Source: Diplonema japonicum
Lineage: Eukaryota; Protista; Euglenozoa: Diplonemea
Direction of reading: 5' to 3'
Length of the DNA stretch: 64,000 nt
Assembly: GCA_964019335.1 (NCBI GenBank)
Contig: OZ025671.1
Location: 124,001-188,000 of the forward strand
The translations under genes were made by a program, and so were the position numbers. Shown here in pieces: positions 1 through 12,438 of this stretch (position 1 is the stretch's first letter; the number at the start of each line of letters is the position of its first letter). The notes under the pieces are model-generated. The model searched no databases, was not told the DNA's origin, and saw nothing but the letters and a program-made list of their open reading frames with translations.

Positions 1-294
1 TTTGAAAAAAAACCACTTTACCACTACCATGTGACCCCCCCCCCACCCTTTTCCTTTTGACTATCTTTCCATGTCCAATTCTAAGCCACGGCGTTTCTTT
101 TTTTTCCATTTTCTTCCATTCTTTTTTTGAAAAAAAAAAAAAAAAAAAAAAAAAGAAGTAAAAACCCATCTGGCTTGTATTTTGCACTCTTTTTTTTTTC
201 TTTTTTTCTTTTCTTCTCGTTTTCTTTTTCTTTTCCTTTTTATCTTTCTCTTTAAAGGGGGGGGGGGGGGGGGGCAACTTTCTTCTCGCTGATG

Positions 295-1870
295 TCAGAA
301 CTGTGTGCGTGGCACGAGAGGTCTCTCAAGCGCCAAGTAGCACACAAGGGGGATGAGACGATCCTGGTGGTACATACTACTTTCCCCCATTCTTCTTCTT
401 TTAACTCTTTTTTCTTCCTTCTTCTTAGCCACGGAATGGAGAGAGAGAGAGAGAGATGCTTCAGTTCCCCCCCCTTTCCTTCGAAAGTTCAATCAACTGT
501 AAATATATGAAATATGAAATCCCCTCCTGAAAAGAGTGAGATATGTGTGTGTGTGGGGGGGGGGGGGGGGGGGGAGAGAGAGAGAAAAAAAAAGAAGAAT
601 GCACGTTTCTCACCTAAGAAGAAAGGTTTATTTTTTTCTTTTTTCTTCTGTTTTGTTCCTACTACAAAAAAAAAAAAAAAAAAAAAAGAAAAGCCACATA
701 CTCGGTGAAAGAAATCAAATAAGAATCGGCATTGGTTTCTCGTCGGGGTGGGGGGAATTTCCTTCTTGTTTTTTTTTTTTTTTTAAACCCATAAAGGACC
801 TCAAAGAAAAAGAAATTTGGCGCGTAACATTTCCTTCTTCTGGCCAAATACATAGCTCCCTAAAGTAATAACAAAAAAAAAAAACGGTGAATAAACCATT
901 TTCTTTGGCCGAACTGGGGATGGAAGAACTTGAGGCAAAAAAAAAAAAAATTAAAGAGAGGAACAGGGTGGATGTGAAAAAAAAAAAAGGGAGGGGTGGG
1001 AAAGATGCACAACATCCCTTACTTCTTTGACCGTGTGTCACCTCCTAGTTTTTTCTTTTTTTCCTTTTTTTTTTTTTTGTTTTTCAAGAGCGCTAGCTAG
1101 AAGAGCGACAAGGTAAGAAGGGAAAGAAAAAAAAAAAACGATTTTTCTGCTGGAAGTCCAAGGTGAATCGTGCGAGCACCTCACGAAGCTTCTCCCCGCA
1201 GAATCCTGGCCCCTGAACCTCACAAAGACAAGGCTCCCGATATATTTCGCGCCTCTTTCTAACACCCTAAACAAAAAAGAGCTGGTTGCATTCGCAAAAG
1301 TCGAAGTTTCTTTTCTCCTTCTTCATCTTTTTTTTTCCTCCCTCTCACCTCACTTCAAAAAAAAAAAAGAATAGGGTTTTCGCAAAAAAAAAAAAAAAAA
1401 GCCAATCAACTGCTTAGTCTTCCTCTTTTTTCTCCTTTATTGCACGTGGACCGTGTGCTCCTGCTGGTGTAAGTAGAAAAAGAAAATGAGAAAAAAACCC
1501 CTACCCGCCCTCCTCTTGCTGGTGTGAGTTTCTAAATAAAGAGAGGTTTAAGTTACGAAGGGGAAAGAAGAAATATTTCGCTCTTTATCTCCTCCCTCTT
1601 TTGTTTTTTTTTTTTTTCGCGAAAAACCAGTGGGCCCATTTGGCACCGCTTCATCTGATTTTCCCATTTTCTCTCCTCTGGCTGTCCATCGTGTACTTTC
1701 TCAAAAATAAAAAAAAAAAAAAATAAAAAAAGAAACTTTCTTCTTCCATAAAAAGGGGGTTTGTGTGCCTTCATAGTGCCTGCTTTTCCCTCCTTCCAGC
1801 AAAGACAGGCACCTTTGCACATTGAATACCTGGATCACGAGCAAGGAGACCAATCAACTATAGGGGGGAG
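295..1870 (-). pseudogene. possible highly decayed retroviral/Ty3-type integrase remnant
   Basis: Motif-like fragments in integrase order, separated by homopolymers: C-x-x-C-like region (~1870-1770), FEKVHD (~1700), GPGFCGEKLREVL (~1220), YHQDRLIPL (~370). Confidence 0.25.
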
Positions 1871-2100
1871 GAATGTGTTATTCTTTTCAAAAGTGTCAAT
1901 AAAAAAAAAAAAAAAAAAAGAAAGAGCAAGGTTGGGGGGAGTCCTGAATTAAAGAACACCTTGTATGGATTTCTTTTTTTTTTCTTCCTTTTTCTTTTGA
2001 CTTTCTTTTGTTTGGTACAATAAAAAACTTCTTTCTTTTTTTATTTTTTCTTTTTTTCTTCTCGCCCTTTTCAGCGTAATGTTGCATTAGAGTAAAAAAA

Positions 2101-2204
2101 AGGAACTGGCCGTTGTTTGTACGTTACCGGGTTGACAAGCTTATGACCCAACATGTTGCCTACGTTCCCCTTTTTGTTAGACAAGTCAAAAACTCGTTTT
2201 TGCA
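2101..2204. repeat. ~110 bp interspersed repeat, family R1
   Basis: ggaactggccgttg...cctacgttcccc...ttagacaagtcaaaaactcgtt; recurs at 20841, 58374 and 59956. Confidence 0.8.
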
Positions 2205-3188
2205 AAAGAAAAAAAAATAATAAATAAATAATAGATGGACGGGGAAATAGTGAGTAAGAGAAGCTATTCAAACATTTGTTGTGTTTCCTGTCTGTGCAGC
2301 TTGTACACTACTTACGAAAGCAGTTATCTTGTTTTGGGTTTCTTTCTTTCTTTTTTTTTTTTTTTTTATTATCCCTTTCTTCTTTCACGGACATGAGGGA
2401 GAATAAAAAAAAAGAAAAAAAAAGAAAAAAAAAATATATATAGAGAGAGGGGGAAGTAAAAGAAAGATCAGGGAAAAAAAAAAAAAAAAAACCTTAGCGT
2501 AGAACACAAAAAATTAAAATAATAATTAAACAACGTGCTCTCTTGGTAGTAATCTTTTACGCATTGAGAGGAATACAGAGATACACGGTGGTCAGAGGTG
2601 CAGAAGGTGGGTCACTGTTTTGTGATCGCTGTCGCTAGTGCCACTGCTAATAGTAGTAAGCTATGTCACCCAAGTCTGCACAGGATTACATTGGCGCAAA
2701 ACACTTTCTTTCTTCAAAGTTCACAGATAGAAATCCACTTTGACACTTGACAGACAGACACCTTTCCAGAAAAAAAAAGAAAAAAAGAGGGGAAAAAAAA
2801 ACTGCTTTTGCCACCGTTTGCCGACAGCGTTGCTGGTTTCCTGTTCTCTTTTTCTCACAACAAAATCCCTCCTATGAACGTTCAAGCATTTCAGGGGTTC
2901 CCTCACTGGTATAAAAACAACATTGAGGAAAAGAGTTCCCCTCCCCCTCTTTTCTTTTTATTTCATTCTCATTTAGACAAAAAAAAATGTTCCCTGAAGA
3001 TTCTTGGAAAAAAAAAAATTAGGAAAATAAGAAAACCACCAGAGGCTGCAAGATCTATTCTTCCTCTCATTTCTTTTTTTTTTCTTTTTCTTTTTTTCTT
3101 TTTTTGTTTGCTCGAAACGTTCAGTTGGGACCTTTTGACAAACCCTTAAAAAAATCCAAACGAATATGAAGGAGAAAAAAAAAATTAT

Positions 3189-3291
3189 ATGAGTTAAAGG
3201 AGGCCGGTGTTGGCGGCGCCCTGCACAAGAACTGTCTACTTGATTACAGGGGGCGCGCCGCGGCCGAGTTGTAGCTTCTTCTGCGTTCCGC
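3189..3291 (-). mobile_element. 5'-truncated copy (3' tail) of the ribozyme retroposon
   Basis: Matches 47590-47667; flanked by direct repeat AAAATTAT (3181-3188 and 3292-3299). Confidence 0.85.
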
Positions 3292-3338
3292 AAAATTATG
3301 TGTGGACACTCACAACCGTACACGTTACGGAATTATAA

Positions 3339-3375
<37 letters not shown>

Positions 3376-4963
3376 ATGAATGAGAAATAAAAAACAAACC
3401 TTTTGCAAAAAAAAAAAAAAAAAAAAAACCAAAACAAAAACAAAAACAAAAACAAAAAAAAAAAAAAAAGCAATTCCAATCCAGTAGATTCTCTCTTTCT
3501 TTTTGTATCATTTCCAATTGACCCTCAGACCGTGACTGACCAAAGTAGAAATGGCTGCTGAGGATGTCCGAGAAAAAAAAAAAAAAAAAGAGAGAGAGAG
3601 AGAGAGAGAAGAAAAAGAATAACATTGCGGTTTAGCCTTAAAAACCCGCGCCTTTGCATTCTATCCAAAAGTGAGCCCTAAGAGACAGTCATCTAAGATA
3701 GATCGAGTTTCTTTACGTAAAACCCTTCATTAGACAATGTTATGGCGCCTTGCTATGGGGGAAAAAAAAGTTTTTTTTTCCCTCCCCGCTCGGCACAAGT
3801 TGTATTTGTGGTAATTAAAAAAAAAAGATTATTTGCAGGGGAAAAAAAAGGGGGGGGGGAGGGGGAAACTACTTGTTTGTACGGGAGCTTGCAATTCTTT
3901 TTCTCTTATTTCTTCTTAAGCCAATACAAAAAATAAAAATAAAAAGGAATGCAGGCCTACGCTTTTGCCAATCAACACAAAAAAAAAACAAGATCCAACT
4001 TTTCTCTGCCTTCCGGAGTGAAGGGAGACCGGATCGAAAGAATAAAAAAGAAAAAAGAATAAAAATAATATCAGCTGAAAGCATGTCACGCTTTGCCACG
4101 CCCATGATTGTTTTTTTTTTTTTTTTTTTTTTTTTTTTTGTCTTTTGTTTTTTCTTTTTGTTTTGTTAAATCTTTTTTTTTTTTCATTTCTCTTTTTAAA
4201 TCTTTCTCTAAAAAAAAAAAATCAACAAGAAAGAAACTTTTAGGGGCGAACATGGAGAGTAATAAAAAGTAATATTCCTTCTTTTTCTTCCCCCCCCTAA
4301 ATCTTGAGGGAAAAGAAAAATGCAGAAGGGTGTTTGATGACCACTACTTAAAAAATATTTCTCTCCCCAGCTCATCTTTGTTTCTTGTCTCTCCTCCCCC
4401 CCCCCCCCCCCTCCCCTCTTCCTTTTCCTTTATCTAGTGGTTGCAGAGGGGGTGGAGGTTTTTTTTCTCCTAAAAACTACAAATTCAATAAATTTTCTTC
4501 TTGACACGAGAAGTGGTGTACTTCTTTTTTTTTTTTTTGCCCTCTCTCCCAAGAGATATAGTTCTTAATTTATTTTCTTTTTTTCTTTTTCTTCAGCTTC
4601 TGTTTTCTTCTTTATTTATTTTTTTCGTTCCCTCCGTTCTTCCCCGGATTTTCTTTTTTTTTTTTCCATTTTTTTTTTTCCCTGCTTGGATGACCATAGT
4701 CAAAAGCAAATAAAGTGGGGAGAAATCTTTTATAAAAAAAAAAAGGGTGGGGGGAGGGGAACCCTTGTAAGCAATGGCTGGGTAGAACTAGCTGGCGGAA
4801 AAAACATAAGTTATCGACAGTAACCTGGGCAGGTGGGGCTGGTGGCACTAATCTTCATTCTTTTCTTTTATTCCTTCTTTCCTCGATTACCAAAAAGAAT
4901 TAAAAAGGAAGAGGGGTAGTCTCCTCATTTTCTCTCTCGTTTTTTCTCTTCTTTTTCTTAGTT

Positions 4964-5403
4964 CACTCTTCGTCATTTTCTTCACTCACTAGGGGCCTCA
5001 TAATTTAACGCGAAACGGCCATAATTTAACTAGTTAAATTATGAAATTTTGGAGTTAAATTATGGACTTCAGAGTGAAAAAATGGGTCTTGTCATGGGAA
5101 AAAAAAATGTACCTAACCCCCCCTTGAAAAATCTTTTTGGGATGGGGTATTTTGAATATTCTTGGCATTCCGGCCCTTAAAAGTGGCTGACCCGTGTGAG
5201 GAAAACAGCAGTGAAAGCAGTGAAGAGTGAGTGACTCACTCAAACGACGAAGAGTGAAATAAAACGACTTACTTGCCGCCAACGAGCCATTATTTAACAC
5301 TAGTTACGGTTTCTTTGCACTCGGGCCTGCAGGGCCCGAGTGCAAAAAATTCGGGAAACTTGAGTTAAATAATGACTCATAATTTTGTTGGCAATAAATA
5401 GCT
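4964..5403. mobile_element. non-autonomous element with asymmetric inverted repeats and a palindromic module, family R2
   Basis: cactcttcgtcattt (4964) is inverted at ~5242-5256, followed by a palindromic module; second copy at 60264-60630. Confidence 0.8.
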
Positions 5404-5804
5404 ATTTTTAAAGTCATCACACTGCCCGAGAGGCTTTCCCCCCCCTTTCTTTCTTTTACCCCTTCTCACGCAGATCTGTGTTTTTCTTTTTTTCTTCTCC
5501 CCCCTTCTTTTGCTTTTTCTTTTTTTTTTTTACACATTAATCTTTTTCTTTTTTTTGTTCCCTCTTTCGTTCTTCAAATAGGTTATTAATATTTATTACT
5601 TTCATTTTAAAATTTTAAAAAGTGTGCATAAGGGCCCTATTACTTAGCAACGTCAATTTTAAGTCACATTTTCTGTTCCGTCACAGCGATTGAGGACTGT
5701 CTTGCCAACATTTAGTGTCTCAGATTTGACAAGGCATAGCGCCAATCACAGGTGAGAAAAGAGGGGCTGTTAGCCAGGCCTCAATTGCGTGATTCCAAAG
5801 CCGT

Positions 5805-5837
<33 letters not shown>

Positions 5838-6072
5838 ATTTCCATTCAAAAAAAAAAACTCGAAAATGTGTTCAAGACCTTCTGAGATTTAGGTGGCCCA
5901 TATTTCTTAGTTTTGCAGGGGGGAGTGGGGTCAGTAGACAAAAGAAGAGACGAAAGAGAAAAAAGAAAATCAACGAACTATTAAAGAAAATAAAATAGAA
6001 ATAAAAAATAAAAAAAAATAAAAATAAATAACGCCTTTCTGCTGAATTGTTTACTCTCGCGTAAAAATTGTA

Positions 6073-7358
6073 TACCGGATTTGTATTTATATTGTTCAGC
6101 TTTAATAATGGTCTGGGGATTTAGTGTACTGTATAAATTATGTACCTTTTTCGGATTTTGGACCCAACTTGGACTTTTTACAGTACAATACAAAAGATTA
6201 TTTTTATTATTTTTGGCCGGATCCCCCCCCAGGACAGGCCCCACTAAAATCAAAGTCACGTTTTCCTACTTATTTACCACCTTAAAGCAGTTCCAACATA
6301 AATAATCATTTAAAAAAATTCAACCCTACCCTGAATAAAAGACATGTCGCTCCATGGCTTCTTGACTGCCCGTGACCGGTACGCGCCCATTGCAGGGGCT
6401 TCAACAGGCCTCTCCCCCCCAGCCGCCAGGCAGGCAGTGGAGGAAGAGATGTCCCGCTTGGAGGAACCCCAGCCTGCCCGGAAGAACAAGAAGTGGACCG
6501 AGGCAGAGAAGGAGGAGCTGGGTGAACTGGTCCGGCAATTCGGCCTTTCAGCCGGAACGCGGAAGTGGAACGAGAAGCATCCCAACAAGGCTGCCTCGAA
6601 GCCGGTTGCTGACCGGGCGAAACAGGACGTCATAGCTCCGTGCCCCCGCCCACTGAGGACGTTCCTGCGCCCTCGCCTGGCCCTCCGCTCCCGCCTTCCG
6701 AGGTCGGGCTGGTTCGAGAAGTGGTGGATGCAGATGCAGGAGTTGACCCGATGGAGATTGATCCATTGGGGCCATTGGGACTCCAGAACCAGCACCCGAA
6801 GACCCGGACATTGAGATCAATGAGATGTTCAGCAGGCTGGGCATCGACATTTCTGATGCACCTTCTTCTGATGAAGAAGCAGAAGAAGAAGAAATGCCTA
6901 ACCAAGAAGCCTCAGCCCCAAGCCAAGCAGCGGCACCAAGCCAGGTGACCCCAAGCCAACGAACGAACAACGTGATGAGGGTGCCCTGCCCCAACTGCAG
7001 CGCAACCCTCAAGCAGGTTAGAAAGGAGACCAGTGCGGGAGTGCACGAAATGCTCTGGTGAGCATGACATGAGCACCCGCGGGAGGGTCTGCCTGTCCTG
7101 CGACTATGTGGTGTGCTTTACGTGCAGGACTGGGCAATAGTGAACTAGAATTGCGGTAATACCACCCCCTCCCCGGCTGGGGGGTATTTTGTTTTTGTCT
7201 TGGGATTTTTTATTTTTAGAGATATTTTCTGGGATTCTTTTTATTTTTGTAATTTTTATGTTCTGTCTTAATGGTGTTCTGTAAATATTATGTACCTTTT
7301 TCGAATTTTTTGCCCAGTTTGGGACTTTTCACATAACAATATAAGTACAAATCCGGTA
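6073..7358 (+). mobile_element. TIR DNA transposon derivative (TA-flanked, Tc1/mariner-pogo-like ends)
   Basis: TIRs taccggatttgtatttatattgt / acaatataagtacaaatccggta; subterminal direct repeat (attatgtacctttttcg...) near both ends; frameshifted ORF inside. Confidence 0.8.
6344..7140 (+). pseudogene. frameshifted transposon ORF: Myb/SANT-like helix, acidic linker, Cys-rich finger
   Basis: KKWTEAEKEELGELVRQFG; CPNC...CTKC...CLSCDYVVCFTC across shifted frames; GC-rich coding-like composition. Confidence 0.6.
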
Positions 7359-7384
7359 AATAAAAATAAAAATAAAAATAAATA

Positions 7385-7422
7385 TATGAGTTAAAGGAGG
7401 CCGGTGTTGGCGGCGCCCTTGT
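7385..7422 (-). mobile_element. short 3' tail fragment of the ribozyme retroposon
   Basis: atgagttaaaggaggccggtgttggcggcgccct is identical to the start of the 3189 copy. Confidence 0.8.
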
Positions 7423-7592
7423 ATAAAATAAAATAAAAAGACTATTTTGCGCTGCTTTGGGAAAAAAAAAAGAAGAAAAAAAAGGGGGACCAAAGGAGAG
7501 ATTCTTCATTTCTTCTTCTTTTTTCTGTAGTAGTCGCGCCCCATTGGGTTACAACCACGGGGATAGAAGAAGAAGAAAATCCGATTAGTTGT

Positions 7593-7693
7593 AATGAGAT
7601 AAAAGGAGGCCAGTGTTGGTGGCGCTCTGCACAGTGCTGTCTACTTGATTACAGGGGGCGCTCCGAGTAACCAAGATTCTGCGCTGTGCAGTT
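7593..7693 (-). mobile_element. truncated, internally deleted copy of the ribozyme retroposon
   Basis: Tail plus gtctacttgattacagggggcgc plus gtaaccaagattctg...gtgcagttt, shared with the 14.7 kb and/or 47.6 kb copies. Confidence 0.8.
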
Positions 7694-8367
7694 TAGAAAA
7701 AGAAGCTGGCGACAATAGTCTACTTTAGTCTTTGTTGACAAAATGACAAATATTTTTTTTCTTCCGAGAGTGGCAATGTTGACTCGATGGTGAAGGGTAT
7801 GCCTACTAGGTGCACACAATAGGTTGGTTCCGCTTCCGGACTTTTCTTTTTCTTTTTTTTTTCTTTGTGAGAAAACCAAGCAAAGCTCAGCATATTAGGA
7901 AGCGATCGATATTCTTTCCCCCCCCCTTTTTTTTTCCCTCTTCACTTCATTCCGCTCTTTTTTTAAAAAAAGAAAATCTATATTTCATCCGTTTCGGGCT
8001 TGGCAGTCCCTTCTCTCTTTTTTAAAAGCAGACACACCCTTCTGGCTTGCCAAGCCCAAGTTCAAGAACTCCTTTTTATTTTTTCCCTCTTTTTATTTTT
8101 TTCTCTTTCTTCCCAGCAAAGCATAGCCATAGCGGTGCGCCCTTTTTTTCTTCTTCTTTTCTTCCCCCGGGCATGTGGGGCCTGTACACCATTTTTTTTT
8201 CAATTCTTGATTAACTTACCAAAAGAAAGGAAAGTCACGTGACAATTTTGTTATGTGTAGTGCTGCTAGGGGGGGGGGGGGGGAGATGGGTGGTTCTTTT
8301 TTTTTTTTTTAAAGCGGGTGATGGGGGAAAATCATGAGGCCAGAATACACAGAAATTAAGTGAAGTC

Positions 8368-8401
<34 letters not shown>

Positions 8402-8904
8402 AAACCCTGAAAAATACTATATTCGAAGATATCGAAATTTCAAACCTTTTCTCTCAGTGGCGATCCTTATGACAAAATCCACTATTTCCTTCACTTTATT
8501 ACTGTAATTTCTATTTTTCTTCTTCTTCTTTTTTGCAGATATTCTGCAGGCCTCAGTGTCAAAAGAATAAAAAAAAAACTCTTTTTTTTTCCCGTTACCT
8601 TTTTCGCTCTTTTTCTTTTCTTTAAAAAAAATAAAAGTGGGGGCCACGGACAAAAGGTACCTTTAACCATCCCCCTGTATATAAAAAATTATAATAAAAA
8701 AGAAAATATCTTTTTTTTTTTCTTTTTTTTTTTTTCCTTCCAAAAAAAAAAAAAAAAAAAAAATAGCTCTTTCCCCTCCTCCAAGTTTTCTTCATCTTCA
8801 TCTTCTTTTCTTTTTTATTATTATTATTGTTGTTGTTGTTGTTGCAAGTTCAGTAGTTAAGAAAAACCCAAAAAAAAGGACAGTGAGCGGGTTATATTCA
8901 TTTT

Positions 8905-8967
<63 letters not shown>

Positions 8968-10036
8968 ATAGCATTGATAAAAAAATCGGTTTCGACCTCA
9001 GAAGGGATTAATGTTCCAAACTGAGATTCCGCCGACTCAAGGCAGGTGGTGGGGAGTAGTGGGGGGGTAAAGGTGCTGAGGGTGCGAACCTCTTTCGTCT
9101 TTCTTTTTCCCACCACCTTCTTTTCACCCTTTCCCCCCCCTTTTTTTTCTTCTTTCCAGTACTTCATTACGCCAGTTTTATGACAAAAATAAATACGAAA
9201 GAGTAGAAAAGAAAAGAGAGGGAAAAAAAAAAAGAAAAAGAAAAAGGGCTGGCAATCGACTTCACCGAGATAAGAAAAAGAAATATATGTTGCAAGTTTT
9301 TTTTTTTTTGAGACAAGAACCGCCGACTGGGTAAAAAAAAAAAGACAAATAATAGCCGGGTTGCTACATGGGTTTTTTCTTTTTTTTTTTTTTACAAAAG
9401 AAAAAGCAGAACTTTTCATTGTTGTGTTTTTGTTTTTTTTCTTTTTCTTCCGATAGGTTTCAAGAGAGAAAGAAAAGAAAAGAGAAAAGAAAAAGAAGAA
9501 AAAAAAACATTTTCCTCTTTTTTTTTTAATTTCTCGTTTCTTTTTTTCTTTTCTCCCTGAACCTACAAAAAAGAAAAACCCATCTCTCTTTTTTTTTTTT
9601 TTTTTCAAAAAAGAAAAAAAAAAAAAAAACACCATTTACAGGAGAGCTTCTCTCTTTTTTCTTTTCTTTTCTTTTTTTTCTTTTTTGTGCTAGCAAAGAA
9701 GTTCTTTTTTGATGATTTTATCTTTCTTTTTTTCAAAACCCGGGAGGGGGAGGGGAGATAATCCTAAAACCCGGTGTAAGCTTTTTTTTTCTTTTTTTTT
9801 TTATCTTTATTTCTGATGTACATGTGACCACCAAAAATGTGTTGGCCTCACTACTGGTGTTTTAGATGTAATGGTCCAACAATTCTAGCATATTTTCCGT
9901 ATTTTACGTTTCTACTCAGGACAGGTCACGTTCCTAAGGAAAATTCAGCCAAAACCTTGTTTCATCTCAGGATTTTAACGGGGGGGGGGGGGGGGGGAGC
10001 AATTTCTTTTTGATGAGATTAAAAAAAAAAAAAAAA

Positions 10037-10207
10037 CTAGTTTGGCGCTTCATTTGTTTGTGCGCACGAGCGGGATTTTACCTAATAAAATAGCTCATTA
10101 CGCTGCCATCAACTAGTTTTTTTTTAGTCGCGACAACAATGTTGTTTAAAACAAAAACAAAAAAAAACTAGTTTTTGGCGCTTTTCTTGTTTGTGCGCAC
10201 GAACGAG
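10037..10207. repeat. local duplication / small repeat family R3
   Basis: actagttt(tt)ggcgctt...ttgtttgtgcgcacga occurs twice; acctaataaa...cgctgcca.caactagtttt also occurs at 45181-45221. Confidence 0.65.
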
Positions 10208-10806
10208 AGGTTGAAAGCTTGCTTCTTTCACTACTTTTTGACACACTCCTCGCTACGTCTGTGTGTGTGGGGGGGGGGGGGGGGGGGGGGGTGGTGGTTT
10301 TAAAATAAAGCTGCCTACCGGGTCTTTCTCCTCTCGCCTCTTGAAGTAACTTCAGTAGTTGTCATTAATAAAATCTTCCCAAAGCCAAGTAATGAACTTT
10401 ACTGGTTCCTCTCAAATAACCCCAATTTACCATCTAGTACCTGAAGGGAGAAGGGCTCGATGGTAAAAATGAAGGAACCCTTGGAGGAAAGGAGAAAAAA
10501 AAAAAAAATACAGTAAAATTTACAAATACTTGTTCTAGTAAAATAGCTATTAGTGTTTTGTTGATAAGTGACGAGAGAACGAAAGGAAGAAAAAAAAAAT
10601 GGGGGGGGAATAAAAAATGGGGGTCAGTCATCGATTATTTTTTGTGCCCTTTTTTTTTTCTTTTCTTCTTTTTTCTTTTCTTTTGTGTTCCTCATAAAAA
10701 AAAAAAGAAGGGGGTGGTGAAGTGAAAAAAAAAAAGAAAAATAGCTATTATTTTTTTTATTTTTTTCACGGACAGTGAATAATGAAAAATTACGTCATCT
10801 CAAATG

Positions 10807-10837
<31 letters not shown>

Positions 10838-11163
10838 TGCTTCGAGTGAAATCTTTTGTTTCAAGAGAGCGACATAAATTTCATTGTCGTGAAAAAATGG
10901 TGGTTTTATTTTTTACTCTCCTCATTTTACTCCATTCAGAACGGGACACAGACCTGTGCAGTTCGACAGCGACTAAGGACTTAGGACCAAAAAAAATTTG
11001 GTTTTTTTCTGGGGTGCCTCTACTGAATGAAGACTGAAAAAGTAGTTGAAATTAAAAAAAAAAGAAGAAAAAAAACAGTTGCTCCGCCACACGCCAAGTA
11101 CTAATCAAGGAAGGAAAAAAAAAAAAAAAAAAAGAAATCTTTTTTTTTTTTGGTCAGAAAATT

Positions 11164-11198
<35 letters not shown>

Positions 11199-11560
11199 CT
11201 TCTGAAAATTACTTTCACACACTCGGGCCCATTACTTCACGGTGCGTAGGCCGAGCCTAGCCCCTTGTGGTGAATAGTAAATAAAAATGCGGAAAATTAT
11301 TTTTTTGTTTTGTTTTTGTTTCCCTGAAGAAAAAAAAAATGAACCCAGGTAACGCTCTGAAGAGAAAAAAAAATAATAAATAAAAAAGAGAATTGATGAA
11401 GGAAGGTTCCCTAAAAAGAAACGTTCCCCCTTTTTTTTTTGTCTTTACGTGCCTATCTACCTTTTTTTTTTTTTCCTCTTCGAATAATAATAATAAAAAA
11501 AAATGCAAAAAAAAGAAACCGACCAAAAAAATTAAAAAGAAGGGAACAAAAAGAAAATAA

Positions 11561-11595
<35 letters not shown>

Positions 11596-12231
11596 AACGT
11601 GTCGGGGTAAATGGAGAAAAATAAGAGGAACTGGTCTTTTGTGCTTTTTTTTTTCTCAAAAAAAAAAAAAAAAAAAAAAAAAAAAAGCGCGTTGCCTTGC
11701 TCCACCTTTTTGTTTAAACGTCATGTGCACTTCAACACGGAATTTGTCATATTTTATGACCTCTGGGAAGATCGGGAACAAATACCTTCTTGACAAAATC
11801 CCGTATAATTGACAAACATAGACCTTCATTCTTGCAGGAAAAAAGGAAAAAAAAAAAAAAGGAGGGGGAAATGAGAATTTTAAACAGAGAGAAAATATGA
11901 GTATTTTAATACAGAGTTCCGCCTGCTGTACTGACTCTTCTCCCTGTTGCAACCGGTGTCAAAAAAAAAAAAAAAAAAAAAAAACTATTTTAAGGTATGC
12001 GTTTTTGCGCTCACCTGGAAAAAAAAAAAAAAAAAAGCAACTCGTAACGTCAAATAATGGCTCCCTTTTACAGGATCATCTTTTTTTTTGTTTTAAAGGA
12101 CCTGAAGGGGGGGGGGGGAAATGAACAGGATACCTTCTTCAGAAGAGAGTCAAGGGAAAAAAAAGGGGGGGGTCTTCCTCCGCCTTTTCTTCCCCCCCCC
12201 CTTTTAGGAAATTTTCTCGATGTGTAATTTT

Positions 12232-12276
<45 letters not shown>

Positions 12277-12438
12277 TAACCAGCATATGCAATACATGTT
12301 TTTAATGGACATAAAAAAAAAAACTTTAAAAAATAAATCTGGTTTTGATCGATGGGGCGTTTGTTTCCAAGTAAACGCGAAAAAAAAAAAAAAAAAAGGG
12401 GGAGGGGAAAGAAAATGGAAATAAGAAACAACGTTTAA

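Noticed and set aside
292-12431. Many 60-245 aa ORFs rich in K/F/G (e.g. 8898-9635)
   Set aside because: Translations of poly-A/T/G tracts with no domain signal
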